Shown here in pieces: positions 31,133 through 42,725 of a DNA stretch of 52,483 nucleotides. Each line of letters starts with the position of its first letter. Position 1 is the first letter of the stretch. The stretch spans positions 1-52,483 of the forward strand of contig JACPUY010000279.1 of the NCBI GenBank assembly GCA_016192025.1, in the 5' to 3' direction. The DNA comes from Pseudogulbenkiania sp. (GTDB lineage Bacteria > Pseudomonadota > Gammaproteobacteria > Burkholderiales > Chromobacteriaceae). The notes below the pieces were generated by a model that saw only the letters and a list, made by a program, of their open reading frames with translations, had not been told where the DNA came from and ran no database searches. Both the position numbers and the translations under genes were made by a program.

Positions 31133-32378
31133 TATCCGCAATTACACGCTCAACTTCGGTCCGCAACACCCGGCCGCGCACGGTGTATTGCGCCTGGTGC
31201 TGGAGCTGGACGGTGAAGTGATCCAGCGCGCCGACCCGCACGTCGGCCTGCTGCATCGCGGCACCGAGAAGCTGGCCGAGAGCAAGACCTTCATCCAGTC
31301 GCTGCCGTATATGGACCGCCTCGACTACGTGTCCATGATGTGCAACGAACATGCCTACTGCCTGGCTATCGAGAAGCTGCTGGGGGTGGAAGTTCCCGAG
31401 CGGGCGCAATACATCCGCGTCATGTTCGCCGAAATCACCCGTATCCTGAACCATTTGCTGTGGATCGGTGCGCACGCCATCGACATCGGTGCGATGACGG
31501 TGTTCCTGTACGCGTTCCGCGAGCGTGAAGACCTGATGGACTGCTACGAGGCGGTCTCCGGCGCGCGCATGCACGCGGCGTACTTCCGTCCGGGCGGGGT
31601 CTACCGTGACCTGCCGGACTCGATGCCGCAGTACACCGTCTCCAAGATCAAGAACGCACGTGAACTGGCCAAGCTCAATGAAGGCCGCCAGGGCACCATG
31701 CTGGACTTCATCGACGACTTTGCCCAGCGTTTCCCGACGTGCGTGGACGAGTACGAAACTCTGCTGACCGATAACCGCATCTGGAAGCAGCGTACCGTCG
31801 GCATCGGCGTGGTCGCGCCTGAGCGTGCGCTGAACCTGGGTTTCTCCGGGCCGATGCTGCGTGGCTCGGGCATCGAGTGGGACCTGCGCAAGAAGCAGCC
31901 CTACGACGTCTACGACCGCATGGACTTCGACATCCCGGTCGGTGTCAACGGCGACTGCTACGACCGTTATCTGGTGCGCATGGAAGAAATGCGCCAGTCC
32001 AACCGCATCGTCAAGCAGTGCGTCGACTGGCTCAAGAAGAACCCGGGGCCGGTCATCACCGACAACTTCAAGGTTGCTCCGCCTTCGCGCGAAGGCATGA
32101 AGAGCAATATGGAAGAGCTGATCCACCACTTCAAGCTGTTCACCGAAGGCATGCACGTGCCGGAAGGCGAGGCCTACGCCGCGGTGGAACACCCCAAGGG
32201 TGAATTCGGCATCTACCTGGTGTCGGATGGTGCCAACAAGCCGTACCGTCTGAAAATCCGCGCGCCGGGCTACGCCCATCTGGCGGCCCTGGACGAAATG
32301 TCGCGCGGCCACATGATCGCCGCCGTGGTGGCGATCATCGGTACACAGGATATCGTGTTTGGGGAGATTGACCGCTGA
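31125..32378 (+). CDS. nuoD: NADH-quinone oxidoreductase subunit D
   Basis: [22 protein letters not shown] and DIVFGEIDR; GTG start. Confidence 0.97.
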   Translation: MADIRNYTLNFGPQHPAAHGVLRLVLELDGEVIQRADPHVGLLHRGTEKLAESKTFIQSLPYMDRLDYVSMMCNEHAYCLAIEKLLGVEVPERAQYIRVMFAEITRILNHLLWIGAHAIDIGAMTVFLYAFREREDLMDCYEAVSGARMHAAYFRPGGVYRDLPDSMPQYTVSKIKNARELAKLNEGRQGTMLDFIDDFAQRFPTCVDEYETLLTDNRIWKQRTVGIGVVAPERALNLGFSGPMLRGSGIEWDLRKKQPYDVYDRMDFDIPVGVNGDCYDRYLVRMEEMRQSNRIVKQCVDWLKKNPGPVITDNFKVAPPSREGMKSNMEELIHHFKLFTEGMHVPEGEAYAAVEHPKGEFGIYLVSDGANKPYRLKIRAPGYAHLAALDEMSRGHMIAAVVAIIGTQDIVFGEIDR

Positions 32379-32851
32379 TGCTGTCCGCCGAATCGCTTGC
32401 AAAAATTGACCGCGAGGTTGCCAAGTACCCTGCCGAGCAGAAACGGTCTGCCGTCATGGGTGCGCTCCGTATCGCGCAGCAGGAAAAGGGCTGGCTGGCG
32501 ACCGAAACCATCGAGTTCGTCGCCAACTACCTGGAAATTCCGCCTGTTGCCGCCTACGAGGTAGCCACGTTTTACAACATGTATGACCTGCGCCCGCTTG
32601 GCAAGTACAAGCTGACCGTCTGCACCAACCTGCCCTGTGCGCTGCAGGGCGGCATGGACGCCGCCGACTACCTGAAAAAGAAACTCGGTATCGGCATCGG
32701 CGAGACGACGGCGGATGGTCTCTATACCCTGCTGGAAGGGGAGTGCATGGGCGCCTGTGGCGATGCACCGGTGCTGCTGGTGAACAACCACACCATGTGC
32801 GCCTCGATGACCCCAGAGGCAATCGACAAGAAACTGGCGGAGTTGAAATAA
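32378..32851 (+). CDS. nuoE: NADH-quinone oxidoreductase subunit E
   Basis: VATFY, CTNLPC and [10 protein letters not shown]. Confidence 0.95.
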   Translation: MLSAESLAKIDREVAKYPAEQKRSAVMGALRIAQQEKGWLATETIEFVANYLEIPPVAAYEVATFYNMYDLRPLGKYKLTVCTNLPCALQGGMDAADYLKKKLGIGIGETTADGLYTLLEGECMGACGDAPVLLVNNHTMCASMTPEAIDKKLAELK

Positions 32852-34146
32852 TGGCAGTCTTCGTCAATGGTGTGATTTTCGACGGCGTGGATACGGCAGC
32901 CCCGGATGGCTGGCGGCTCGACGCCTACGTGGCGCGTGGCGGCTACCAGGCCCTGCGCAAGATTCTCGACAGCAAGCTGCCGCAGGAAGACGTGATCGCC
33001 GAGGTGAAGAACTCCGGCCTGCGCGGCCGTGGCGGCGCCGGCTTCCCGACCGGCCTGAAGTGGAGCTTCATGCCACGCAGCTTCCCGGGCGACAAGTATG
33101 TCGTGTGCAATACCGACGAGGGCGAGCCGGGTACCTTCAAGGACCGCGACAGCCTGCGCTTCAACCCGCATTCGCTGATCGAAGGCATGATCATCGCCGG
33201 TTACGCGATGGGTACCAAGGCCGGCTACAACTACATCCACGGCGAAGTCTTCGCCGAGTATGAGCGCTTCGAAGAGGCGCTGGAAGAGGCCCGCAAGGCC
33301 GGTTTCCTCGGCCAGAACATCCTCGGCACCGACTTCAGCTTCGAGCTGTACGCCCATCACGGCTATGGCGCCTACATCTGTGGCGAGGAAACTGCGCTGC
33401 TCGAGTCGCTCGAGGGCAAGAAGGGCCAACCGCGCTTCAAGCCGCCGTTCCCGGCCAGCTTCGGCCTCTACGGCAAGCCGACCACCATCAACAACACCGA
33501 GTCGTTCGCTTCGGTGCCGTTCATCATCCGTGACGGCGCGCAGAAGTTCCTCGAGGCGGGCAAGCCGAACAACGGCGGCACCAAGCTGTTCTCCATCTCC
33601 GGCCACGTCAACCGCCCGGGCAACTACGAGATTCCGCTGGGTACCCCGTTCGCGGTGCTGCTGGAAATGGCCGGCGGCATGAAGGACGGCAAGAAGCTCA
33701 AGGCGGTGATTCCGGGTGGTTCGTCGGCACCGGTACTGCCGGCCGAGATCATGATGGACTGCACCATGGATTACGACAGCATCAGCAAGGCGGGCTCGAT
33801 GCTCGGCTCCGGTGCCGTGATCGTGACGAACGAAGACGTGTGCATGGTCAAGGCGCTGGAGCGTCTGGCCTACTTCTACCACGAAGAGTCCTGCGGTCAG
33901 TGCACGCCGTGCCGTGAAGGCACCGGTTGGCTGTATCGCGTCATCCACCGCATCGAAAATGGCCTGGGCCGACCGGACGATCTGGATCTGCTCACCTCGG
34001 TAGGCAACAACATGGCTGGTCGCACCATCTGTGCGCTGGCCGATGCCGCGGTGTTCCCGGTCAGAAGCTTTACCAAGCACTTCCGCCACGAGTTCGAGCA
34101 CCACATCGAACACAAGAAGTGTCTGGTTGAGCACAAATGGTGTTGA
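32851..34146 (+). CDS. nuoF: NADH-quinone oxidoreductase subunit F
   Basis: [29 protein letters not shown] and [12 protein letters not shown]. Confidence 0.97.
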   Translation: MAVFVNGVIFDGVDTAAPDGWRLDAYVARGGYQALRKILDSKLPQEDVIAEVKNSGLRGRGGAGFPTGLKWSFMPRSFPGDKYVVCNTDEGEPGTFKDRDSLRFNPHSLIEGMIIAGYAMGTKAGYNYIHGEVFAEYERFEEALEEARKAGFLGQNILGTDFSFELYAHHGYGAYICGEETALLESLEGKKGQPRFKPPFPASFGLYGKPTTINNTESFASVPFIIRDGAQKFLEAGKPNNGGTKLFSISGHVNRPGNYEIPLGTPFAVLLEMAGGMKDGKKLKAVIPGGSSAPVLPAEIMMDCTMDYDSISKAGSMLGSGAVIVTNEDVCMVKALERLAYFYHEESCGQCTPCREGTGWLYRVIHRIENGLGRPDDLDLLTSVGNNMAGRTICALADAAVFPVRSFTKHFRHEFEHHIEHKKCLVEHKWC

Positions 34147-34185
34147 TCCGGCCCCAGGGTCGCCTAATGCAGGTAGCGGACAGCT

Positions 34186-36540
34186 ATGCTTGAAATTGAA
34201 ATCGACGGTAAGAAACTGACGGTCCCGCAGGGAAGCACCGTCATGGATGCGGCCCACTCCGTGGGCACCTACATCCCCCACTTTTGTTACCACAAGAAAC
34301 TCTCCATCGCGGCCAACTGCCGCATGTGTCTGGTCGAGGTAGAGAAGGCTCCCAAGCCGCTGCCGGCCTGTGCCACGCCGGTGACGGACGGCATGAAGGT
34401 GCACACCCACTCCGATATGGCCAAGAAGGCCCAGGCCGGGGTGATGGAGTTCCTGCTGATCAACCACCCGCTGGACTGCCCGATCTGTGATCAGGGCGGC
34501 GAATGCCAACTGCAGGACATCGCCGTGGGCTACGGCGGCTCCGCCTCGCGCTACCAGGAAGAGAAGCGCGTAGTAGTGGGCAAGGACATGGGGCCGCTGG
34601 TTTCCGCCGAGGAAATGAGCCGCTGCATCCACTGCACCCGCTGCGTGCGCTTCACCGAGGAAATCGGCGGCTTCCAGGAAATCGGCATGGCCAACCGCAG
34701 CGAGTTCTCGGAAATCCTGCCCTTCCTCGGCAAGACCGTGGACTCGGAAATCTCCGGCAACGTGATCGACCTGTGTCCGGTCGGCGCGCTGACCTCCAAG
34801 CCGTTCCGCTACAGCACCCGCGCCTGGGAGCTGTCGCGCCGCAAGTCGGTCAGCCCGCACGACGGCCTCGGCGCCAACCTGATCGTCCAGGTCAAGGGCA
34901 ACCAGGTGATGCGCGTGCTGCCGCTGGAAAACGAAGAGGTCAACGAGTGCTGGATCGCCGACCGTGACCGCTTCTCCTACGAAGGCCTGAATTCCGAACA
35001 GCGCCTGCAGAAGCCGATGATCAAGCACGACGGCCAGTGGCACGAAGCCGACTGGCAGACCGCGCTCGACTACGTGGTCAAGGGCCTGAACGGCGTGTCG
35101 CGCGACCATGGCAAGGACGCCATCGGCATGCTGGCCAGCCCGCACAGCACCACCGAAGAACTGTTCCTCGTCCAGAAACTGGCGCGCAGCTTCGGCGTGA
35201 ACAACATCGACTACCGCCTGCGCCGCGCCGACTTCCGCGCCGATGCCACCCAGCAGGGCGCACTGTGGCTCGGTTCCAGCATCGTCGAACTGGCCTCGGC
35301 CAAGTCGGTGCTGGTGGTGGGCAGCACCCAGCGCCAGGAACAGCCGCTGCTGGCTTCGCGCCTGCGCCAGGCGGTGAAGAAGGGCAGCGAACTCAACGTC
35401 ATCCATGTCGCCGACGATGCTCTGCTGACCAAGCCCAACGCCAAGCTGATCGTGTCGCCACTGGCGCTGGTCAACGCCCTGGCCCAGGTGCTCAAGGCCG
35501 TGGCCGAGATCAAGTCGGGCGAGAGCGCGATCAATCTGGCCGCCGTGACCGTATCGGCCGAAGCGCGCCGCATCGCGGAAAGTCTCTGTGGTGCCGAAAC
35601 CGCTTCGGTCGTGCTCGGCAACGTGGTGCAGCACCACCCGGCCTTCTCCGAACTGCTGGCGCTGGCACAAGAAATCGCCCGTCTGAGCGGCGCCCGCTTC
35701 GGCCTGCTGGCCGAAGCCGCCAACAGCGTCGGTGCCGAACTGGCCGGCGCCGTGCCGGTACGTGGTGCCTTCGGTGCCTCGGTCGGTGCCGGCCTGAATG
35801 CGCAACAGATGATCGCTGCGCCGCGCAAGGCCTACGTGCTGCTGAACACCGAAGTCGAGTTCGACAGCTACAACCCGCACGCCGCCGTCGCCGCGATGAA
35901 ATCGGCCGAGACGGTGATTGCACTGACGGCATTCAAGGCCGAAGGTCTGCTCGATTACGCCGACGTGCTGCTGCCGATCGCGCCGTTCTCCGAGACCGCC
36001 GGTTCCTTCGTCAACATGGAAGGCCGCCTGCAGACCTTCAACGGCGTGGTGCGCCCGCTGGGCGAAGCGCGTCCGGCCTGGAAGGTGCTGCGCGTGCTGG
36101 GCAACATGCTCGGCCTGTCCGGCTTCGAGTACACCAGTGTCGAAGAAGTGCGTGCCGAATGGCAGGGCAAGGGCGACATCGCCGCCAGCCTGAACAACGC
36201 GCTGAGCACGGTTGCGGCCAACGTGCAGCCTGCTGCCGGGCTGGTCCGTATCGGCGAAGTGCCGCTGTACCAGGCTGATGCCATCTGCCGCCGCGCCCCG
36301 TCGCTGCAGGCGACCCGTGCCGCGGCCACGCCGGTGGCCCGTGCCGCGCAGAGCGTGCTGGATGCCGCCGGCGTACAGTCTGGCAGCCGTGTCGTGCTGC
36401 AGCAGGGCGCGGCCCAGGCGCGCGTGGTGATCGAGGCCGATGCCACGCTGCCGGCAGGTGTCGTGCGTCTGGCGACCGCGCATCCGACGACTGTCGCCCT
36501 GGGCGGCATGTTCGACCCGATCGAGATCAAGCAGGGGTAA
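34186..36540 (+). CDS. nuoG: NADH-quinone oxidoreductase subunit G
   Basis: HFCYH, CRMCLV, HPLDCPICDQGGEC and RCIHCTRC. Confidence 0.97.
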   Translation: MLEIEIDGKKLTVPQGSTVMDAAHSVGTYIPHFCYHKKLSIAANCRMCLVEVEKAPKPLPACATPVTDGMKVHTHSDMAKKAQAGVMEFLLINHPLDCPICDQGGECQLQDIAVGYGGSASRYQEEKRVVVGKDMGPLVSAEEMSRCIHCTRCVRFTEEIGGFQEIGMANRSEFSEILPFLGKTVDSEISGNVIDLCPVGALTSKPFRYSTRAWELSRRKSVSPHDGLGANLIVQVKGNQVMRVLPLENEEVNECWIADRDRFSYEGLNSEQRLQKPMIKHDGQWHEADWQTALDYVVKGLNGVSRDHGKDAIGMLASPHSTTEELFLVQKLARSFGVNNIDYRLRRADFRADATQQGALWLGSSIVELASAKSVLVVGSTQRQEQPLLASRLRQAVKKGSELNVIHVADDALLTKPNAKLIVSPLALVNALAQVLKAVAEIKSGESAINLAAVTVSAEARRIAESLCGAETASVVLGNVVQHHPAFSELLALAQEIARLSGARFGLLAEAANSVGAELAGAVPVRGAFGASVGAGLNAQQMIAAPRKAYVLLNTEVEFDSYNPHAAVAAMKSAETVIALTAFKAEGLLDYADVLLPIAPFSETAGSFVNMEGRLQTFNGVVRPLGEARPAWKVLRVLGNMLGLSGFEYTSVEEVRAEWQGKGDIAASLNNALSTVAANVQPAAGLVRIGEVPLYQADAICRRAPSLQATRAAATPVARAAQSVLDAAGVQSGSRVVLQQGAAQARVVIEADATLPAGVVRLATAHPTTVALGGMFDPIEIKQG

Positions 36541-37590
36541 ATGATGGAGTTCTTGCAAGGCATTCTTGGCAATGAAGCGGGGCTCACGGTGTGGACCCTG
36601 CTGAAGATCGTCGCCATTGTGGCGCCGATGATGATCGCGGTGGCCTACCTCACGTTGGCCGAGCGCAAGGTGATCGGCTACATGCAGGTCCGTATCGGCC
36701 CGAACCGGGTCGGCTACTACGGTCTGCTGCAACCGCTGGCCGACGGCCTCAAGCTGCTGATGAAGGAGATCATTCTCCCGACCCAGTCCAGCAAGGGCCT
36801 GTTCCTGCTGGCGCCGGTGCTGTCGATCGGCCCGGCGCTGGCGGCGTGGGCGGTGATTCCGTTCACCGACAAGCTGGTGCTGGCCAATACCAACGCCTCG
36901 CTGCTGTTCATCATGGCCATCACCTCGATGGGCGTGTACGGCGTGATCATCGCCGGTTGGGCCGCCAACTCGAAGTACTCGTTCCTGGGCGCGCTGCGTT
37001 CGGCGGCACAGATCGTGTCGTACGAAATCGCCATGGGTTTTGCCCTGGTCGGCGTGCTGATGGTCAGCGGCAGCCTGAATCTGGTCGACATCGTCAACCA
37101 GCAAGGGCAGGGCATGGCCGGTGGCTCCGCGCTGTCGTGGAACTGGCTGCCGCTGTTCCCGCTGTTCATCGTCTACCTGATCTCCGGCGTGGCCGAGACC
37201 AACCGTGCCCCGTTCGACGTGGCCGAGGGTGAGTCCGAGATCGTGGCTGGCTTCCACGTGGAATACTCCGGCATGACCTTTGCCGTGTTCTTCCTCGCCG
37301 AATACGCCAACATGATCCTGATCGCCGCGATGACCTCGCTGATGTTCCTCGGCGGTTGGCTGTCGCCGTTCCCGGCATCGTGGGGCGTGTTGGGCGCATC
37401 CGGTTTCGTCTGGATGGCGTTGAAGATGTCGCTGGTACTGTTCTGCTTCCTGTGGTTCCGCGCGACCTTCCCGCGTTACCGCTACGACCAGATCATGCGT
37501 CTGGGTTGGAAAGTGTTCATTCCGGTCACGCTGGTCTGGGTGTTTGTCGTCGGCGTGTGGATGATGAGCCCGTTGACGCTCTGGAACTGA
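36541..37590 (+). CDS. nuoH: NADH-quinone oxidoreductase subunit H
   Basis: [26 protein letters not shown] and EGESE. Confidence 0.97.
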   Translation: MMEFLQGILGNEAGLTVWTLLKIVAIVAPMMIAVAYLTLAERKVIGYMQVRIGPNRVGYYGLLQPLADGLKLLMKEIILPTQSSKGLFLLAPVLSIGPALAAWAVIPFTDKLVLANTNASLLFIMAITSMGVYGVIIAGWAANSKYSFLGALRSAAQIVSYEIAMGFALVGVLMVSGSLNLVDIVNQQGQGMAGGSALSWNWLPLFPLFIVYLISGVAETNRAPFDVAEGESEIVAGFHVEYSGMTFAVFFLAEYANMILIAAMTSLMFLGGWLSPFPASWGVLGASGFVWMALKMSLVLFCFLWFRATFPRYRYDQIMRLGWKVFIPVTLVWVFVVGVWMMSPLTLWN

Positions 37591-37609
37591 TACGGCTTAG
37601 GTGAAGAGC

Positions 37610-38098
37610 ATGGATACGATTCGCAATTTTTTCAAAACGTTCTTGCTGGTAGAACTGGTGCAGGGCCTGATGTTGACCGGCCGTCACTTCTTCGCACGCA
37701 AGATTACCGTGCAGTTCCCGGAAGAGAAGACGCCGCTGTCGCCGCGTTTCCGCGGCCTGCACGCCCAGCGTCGCTACGCCAACGGCGAAGAGCGCTGCAT
37801 CGCCTGCAAACTGTGCGAAGCGGTGTGCCCGGCGATGGCGATCACCATCGAGTCGGAGCAGCGTGACGACGGCACACGCCGCACGTCGCGCTACGACATC
37901 GATCTGACCAAGTGCATCTTCTGCGGTTTCTGCGAAGAAGCCTGTCCGGTGGATGCCATCGTGGAAACCCACATTTTCGAGTATCACGGCGAAAAGCGTG
38001 GCGACCTCTACTACACCAAGCCCATGCTGCTGGCCATCGGTGACAAGTACGAGTCCGAGATTGCCGCCCGCAAGGCGGCTGATGCCAAGTACCGCTAA
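37610..38098 (+). CDS. nuoI: NADH-quinone oxidoreductase subunit I
   Basis: Two 4Fe-4S motifs, [12 protein letters not shown] and [12 protein letters not shown]. Confidence 0.97.
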   Translation: MDTIRNFFKTFLLVELVQGLMLTGRHFFARKITVQFPEEKTPLSPRFRGLHAQRRYANGEERCIACKLCEAVCPAMAITIESEQRDDGTRRTSRYDIDLTKCIFCGFCEEACPVDAIVETHIFEYHGEKRGDLYYTKPMLLAIGDKYESEIAARKAADAKYR

Positions 38099-38107
38099 GG
38101 GGGTGTG

Positions 38108-38752
38108 ATGAGTTTTGCAACCGTCGTTTTTTATGTGCTGTCGGCGATCCTGATTTTCGCCGGGCTCCGTGTCATCACGGCCAAGAAGCCGGTGCACGCC
38201 GCGCTGTACCTGGTGCTGGCGTTCTTCACCAGCGCCGGTCACTGGCTGCTGCTGGAGTCGGAGTTCCTCGCCATTTCGCTGGTGCTGGTCTATGTCGGCG
38301 CGGTGATGGTGCTGTTCCTGTTCGTGGTGATGATGCTGGACGTCAACTTCGAGAAGCTGCGTGAGGGCTTCTGGAAGAACGCGCCGCTGGCCGGCACCGT
38401 GGGTCTGATCATGGTCGGCGAGATGGTGCTGATCCTGATGAGCCCGGAAGCCCGCCTCGGCAGCTACCAGAGCGCCGCACCGCTGGCCGCCGACGCCAGC
38501 AACATCCGCGAACTGGGCCGCCTGATCTATACCACCTACCTGTGGCCGTTCGAGCTGGCCGCCGTGGTGCTGCTGGTCGGCATGGTGGCCGCCATCGCGC
38601 TGACCATGCGCCAGCGCAAGGACACCAAGTACATCAACCCGGGCGACCAGGTCTCCGTGCGTCGCGACGACCGCGTCCGCTTGGTGAAGATGGCTGCCGT
38701 AAAACGTTCGGAACCGGCTGTCGAAGCCGAGTCCGCTGATCAACAGGCCTGA
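38108..38752 (+). CDS. nuoJ: NADH-quinone oxidoreductase subunit J
   Basis: [17 protein letters not shown] and [10 protein letters not shown]. Confidence 0.95.
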   Translation: MSFATVVFYVLSAILIFAGLRVITAKKPVHAALYLVLAFFTSAGHWLLLESEFLAISLVLVYVGAVMVLFLFVVMMLDVNFEKLREGFWKNAPLAGTVGLIMVGEMVLILMSPEARLGSYQSAAPLAADASNIRELGRLIYTTYLWPFELAAVVLLVGMVAAIALTMRQRKDTKYINPGDQVSVRRDDRVRLVKMAAVKRSEPAVEAESADQQA

Positions 38753-38778
38753 CGGCCGAACAACATAAGGGAGGAAAC

Positions 38779-39084
38779 GTGCTGACGCTGACTCACTTCC
38801 TGGTGCTGGCCGCAATCCTGTTTGCTATCAGTGTGCTGGGCATCTTTCTGAACAGGAAGAACGTAATCGTTCTCCTGATGGCTATCGAGCTGATGCTGCT
38901 CGCGGTGAATTTCAACTTCATCGCGTTCTCGCATTACCTGTCGGATACGGCAGGGCAGATTTTCGTCTTCTTCATCCTGACCGTGGCGGCCGCTGAGTCC
39001 GCCATCGGTCTGGCGATTCTGGTGGTGCTGTTCCGCAATCTGCAGACCATCAACGTCGAAGACTTGGGCAGCCTCAAAGGCTAA
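38779..39084 (+). CDS. nuoK: NADH-quinone oxidoreductase subunit K
   Basis: IELMLLAVN and [11 protein letters not shown]; GTG start with GGAGG. Confidence 0.96.
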   Translation: MLTLTHFLVLAAILFAISVLGIFLNRKNVIVLLMAIELMLLAVNFNFIAFSHYLSDTAGQIFVFFILTVAAAESAIGLAILVVLFRNLQTINVEDLGSLKG

Positions 39085-39118
39085 GGCAAACCGGATACCA
39101 AACTACAAAGCACAAAGC

Positions 39119-41170
39119 ATGGATATGAAAAGCTTATACCTGCTGATTGCCCTGGCGCCGCTGGCCGGGTCTCTCATCGCGGGCTTGTTTGGATGGGCCA
39201 TCGGACGTCGTGCCTCACACGTCGTGACCATTCTGGGGGTGGCGGTCTCGGCGGCCTTGTCGCTCAAGGTGCTGTCCGGCTTCGTCACCGGACAGGCGGA
39301 AGTCTTCAACGGGCCGGTGTACACCTGGCTGACGGTGGGCGGTCATGAGTACTCGGTCGGCTTCCTGGTGGATTCGCTCTCGGCGCTGATGCTGGTGGTG
39401 GTGACCAGCGTGTCGCTGATGGTGCATATCTACACCATCGGCTACATGCAGGAGGACCCGGGCTATCAGCGCTTCTTCAGCTACATTTCGCTGTTTACCT
39501 TCTCGATGCTGATGCTGGTGATGAGCAACAACTTCATCCAGCTGTTCTTCGGTTGGGAAGCGGTGGGCCTGGTGTCCTACCTGCTGATCGGCTTCTGGTT
39601 CAAGCGTCCGACCGCGATCTTCGCCAACCTGAAGGCCTTCCTGGTCAACCGAGTCGGCGACTTCGGCTTCCTGCTGGGGATCGGCCTGGTGCTGGCCTAC
39701 TTCGGCGGTTCGCTGGACTACGCCGACGTGTTCGCCGCCGCTCCGGCGCTGGCCGACAAGACCATCCAGATCATCCCGGGCGTCGAATGGTCGCTGATGA
39801 CGGCCACCTGCATCCTGCTGTTCATCGGCGCGATGGGTAAATCGGCGCAGTTCCCGCTGCATGTATGGCTGCCGGACTCGATGGAAGGCCCGACCCCGGT
39901 TTCCGCGCTGATCCACGCCGCCACCATGGTGACTGCCGGCCTGTTCATGGTGTCGCGCATGAGCCCGCTGTTCGAACTGTCCGACGTGGCGCTGAATTTC
40001 ATCATGATTTCCGGCACCATCACCGCGCTGTTCATGGGCTTCCTCGGCGTGATCCAGAATGACGTCAAGCGCGTGATCGCTTACTCCACGCTGTCGCAGC
40101 TGGGTTACATGACCGTGGCGCTGGGCGCTTCGGCCTATTCGTTGGCGATGTTCCACGTGATGACGCACGCCTGCTGCAAGGCGCTGCTGTTCCTCGGCGC
40201 CGGTTCGGTGATCATGGGCATGCACCACGATCAGGACATGCGCAATATGGGCGGCCTGCGCAAGTACATGCCGATCACCTGGATCACCTCGCTGATTGGC
40301 TCGCTGGCGCTGATCGGCACGCCGCTGTTCTCGGGGTTCTACTCGAAGGATTCGATCATCGAGGCGGTGCACGCGTCCAGCCTGCCGTTCGCCGGCGTGG
40401 CTTACTGGGCCTTGGTCATCGGCGTGTTCGTGACGGCGTTCTACTCGTTCCGTTTGTACTTCCTGGTGTTCCACGGCAAGGAACGCTGGATGGAGAACCA
40501 TGGCGCGCATCACGGTCATGAGGGCGATCACGAAGACGAGGAGCCGACCGCGGACCATCACCACGGCCTGGGCCCGAACGACAAGCCGCACGAGTCGCCG
40601 TGGGTGGTGACGCTGCCGCTGGTGCTGCTGGCGATTCCGTCCCTGGCGGTCGGTTACTTCGCGATCGAACCGCTGCTGTACGGCGGCTTCTTCAAGGACG
40701 TGATCATCGTCAATCACCACGCGCATCCGGCGATGGAAGAGCTGGCGCACGAATTCCACGGCGCCGGCGCGATGGCGGTGCATGCGCTGACCACGCTGCC
40801 GTTCTGGCTGGCGCTAGGTGGTGTGGCAACGGCCTGGTTCTTCTACATGAAGGCCCCGCACATCCCGGCCGCGATCAAGCAGAAATTCGCCGTGATCGAC
40901 CGCGTGCTCGAGAACAAGTACTACATGGACGATCTGTACTTCAACCTGTTCGCCAAGGGCTCGCGCGCGCTCGGCACCCTGTTCTGGAAAGTGGGTGACA
41001 TGTTGCTGATCGACGGCCTGATGGTAAACGGGACGGCCAAGCTGGTTGGCGTGTTCTCCCGCCTGACCCGCAAGTTGCAGACCGGCTTCATCTACAGCTA
41101 CGCCGCCTCCATGATCATCGGCGTGCTGGGGCTGATGACCCTGTGGTTTGCCGGGATCATCCTGCGCTGA
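39119..41170 (+). CDS. nuoL: NADH-quinone oxidoreductase subunit L
   Basis: GWEAVGLVSYLLIGFW, NRVGD and GKSAQFPLHVWLPDSMEGPTPVSALIHAATMV. Confidence 0.97.
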   Translation: MDMKSLYLLIALAPLAGSLIAGLFGWAIGRRASHVVTILGVAVSAALSLKVLSGFVTGQAEVFNGPVYTWLTVGGHEYSVGFLVDSLSALMLVVVTSVSLMVHIYTIGYMQEDPGYQRFFSYISLFTFSMLMLVMSNNFIQLFFGWEAVGLVSYLLIGFWFKRPTAIFANLKAFLVNRVGDFGFLLGIGLVLAYFGGSLDYADVFAAAPALADKTIQIIPGVEWSLMTATCILLFIGAMGKSAQFPLHVWLPDSMEGPTPVSALIHAATMVTAGLFMVSRMSPLFELSDVALNFIMISGTITALFMGFLGVIQNDVKRVIAYSTLSQLGYMTVALGASAYSLAMFHVMTHACCKALLFLGAGSVIMGMHHDQDMRNMGGLRKYMPITWITSLIGSLALIGTPLFSGFYSKDSIIEAVHASSLPFAGVAYWALVIGVFVTAFYSFRLYFLVFHGKERWMENHGAHHGHEGDHEDEEPTADHHHGLGPNDKPHESPWVVTLPLVLLAIPSLAVGYFAIEPLLYGGFFKDVIIVNHHAHPAMEELAHEFHGAGAMAVHALTTLPFWLALGGVATAWFFYMKAPHIPAAIKQKFAVIDRVLENKYYMDDLYFNLFAKGSRALGTLFWKVGDMLLIDGLMVNGTAKLVGVFSRLTRKLQTGFIYSYAASMIIGVLGLMTLWFAGIILR

Positions 41171-41213
41171 TAGGTCGATACACTGGAATTGAATAACAAC
41201 TTAGGTTTTGACT

Positions 41214-42707
41214 ATGTTCACTAATCTGTTAAGTCTGGTGATCTGGACACCGATCGTGGCCGGATTGCTGGTGCTGGCAACGGGAGGGGACCAGCGCGCG
41301 CCGCTGGCCCGTTGGCTGGCCCTGGTCGGGGCGCTGGCCGGCTTCCTGGTGTCGTTGCCGCTCTATACCGGCTTCAACGACCTGAACGGCGGCATGCAGT
41401 TCGAAGAAATGCGGCCGTGGATCGAGGCGCTGAACATCAACTACCACCTCGGCGCGGACGGCATCTCGATGCTGTTCATCGTGCTCAACAGCTTCACCAC
41501 GCTGATGGTGGTGCTGGCGGGCTGGGAAGTGATCGAGAAGCGCGTGGCGCAGTACATGGCGGCCTTCCTAATCATGTCGGGCCTGATCAACGGCTCGTTC
41601 GCCGCGCTCGACGCGATGCTGTTCTACGTGTTCTTCGAGGCGATGCTGATCCCGATGTACCTGATCATCGGTGTCTGGGGCGGTCCGCGCCGCGTGTACG
41701 CGTCGGTGAAGTTTTTCCTGTACACCCTGCTCGGCTCGCTGTTGATGCTGGTGGCATTCATCTACATGTACTTCCACGCCGGCAAGACCTTCGAGATCCT
41801 GGCCTTCCACGACATGAAGATCGCGCTGGGCGTGCAGCTCTTGCTGTTCGTCGCCTTCTTCCTGTCGTTCGCGGTGAAGGTGCCGATGTGGCCGGTGCAC
41901 ACCTGGTTGCCGGATGCGCACGTCGAGGCCCCGACCGGCGGCTCGATGGTACTGGCGGCGATTACGCTGAAGCTGGGTGCCTACGGCTTCCTGCGGTTTG
42001 CCCTGCCGATCCTGCCGGACGCTTCGCGTGAGCTGGCCTGGGTGATGGTGGCGCTGTCGCTGGTGGCGGTGGTGTACATCGGCCTGGTGGCGCTGGTGCA
42101 GTCCGACATGAAGAAGCTGGTGGCCTATTCGTCGATCTCGCACATGGGCTTCGTGACCCTGGGCATGTTCATGTTCCTCGGCAGTAACCTGAACCAGTGG
42201 GCGGTCGAAGGCGCGCTGGTGCAGATGGTGTCGCACGGCTTCGTGTCGGCGGCGATGTTCTTCTGCATCGGCGTGATGTACGACCGTCTGCATAGCCGCA
42301 ACATCGCCGACTACGGCGGCGTGGCCAACAAGATGCCGATCTTCGCCGCCTTCATGATGCTGTTCGGCATGGCCAACTCCGGCCTGCCGGCGACGTCCGG
42401 CTTCGTCGGCGAGTTCATGGTGATCATGGGGGCGGTGCAGGTGAACTTCTGGTTCGCCGCGCTGGCCGCCACCACGCTGATCTTCGGTGCCGCCTACACG
42501 CTGTGGATGTACAAGCGGGTGATCTTCGGCGACGTGGGTAACGGCCACGTCACTGAGATGAAGGACGTCAACAAGCGCGAGTTCCTGGTGCTGGCCATTC
42601 TGGCTGTCACCGTACTGGGCATGGGTCTCTACCCGCAGGCCTTCGTCTCGAAGATGCACCTGTCGGTGAACGACCTGATCGCGCATGTAGCGCAAAGCAA
42701 GCTGTAA
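41214..42707 (+). CDS. nuoM: NADH-quinone oxidoreductase subunit M
   Basis: FYVFFE, VKVPMWPVHTWLPDAHVEAP and AYSSISHMG. Confidence 0.96.
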   Translation: MFTNLLSLVIWTPIVAGLLVLATGGDQRAPLARWLALVGALAGFLVSLPLYTGFNDLNGGMQFEEMRPWIEALNINYHLGADGISMLFIVLNSFTTLMVVLAGWEVIEKRVAQYMAAFLIMSGLINGSFAALDAMLFYVFFEAMLIPMYLIIGVWGGPRRVYASVKFFLYTLLGSLLMLVAFIYMYFHAGKTFEILAFHDMKIALGVQLLLFVAFFLSFAVKVPMWPVHTWLPDAHVEAPTGGSMVLAAITLKLGAYGFLRFALPILPDASRELAWVMVALSLVAVVYIGLVALVQSDMKKLVAYSSISHMGFVTLGMFMFLGSNLNQWAVEGALVQMVSHGFVSAAMFFCIGVMYDRLHSRNIADYGGVANKMPIFAAFMMLFGMANSGLPATSGFVGEFMVIMGAVQVNFWFAALAATTLIFGAAYTLWMYKRVIFGDVGNGHVTEMKDVNKREFLVLAILAVTVLGMGLYPQAFVSKMHLSVNDLIAHVAQSKL

Positions 42708-42725
42708 GGCCACAAGGAAACCACA

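Noticed and set aside
32722-37257. 1511-aa antisense ORF across nuoF-H (similar ones at 41568-44294, 47936-50029, 3551-5323 and 39215-40783)
   Set aside because: Shadow ORFs opposite well-supported genes. High-GC codon bias depletes antisense stops, and no recognisable motifs are present.
40495-40570. His/acidic-rich loop in NuoL
   Set aside because: Such loops are common in betaproteobacterial NuoL; not novel.
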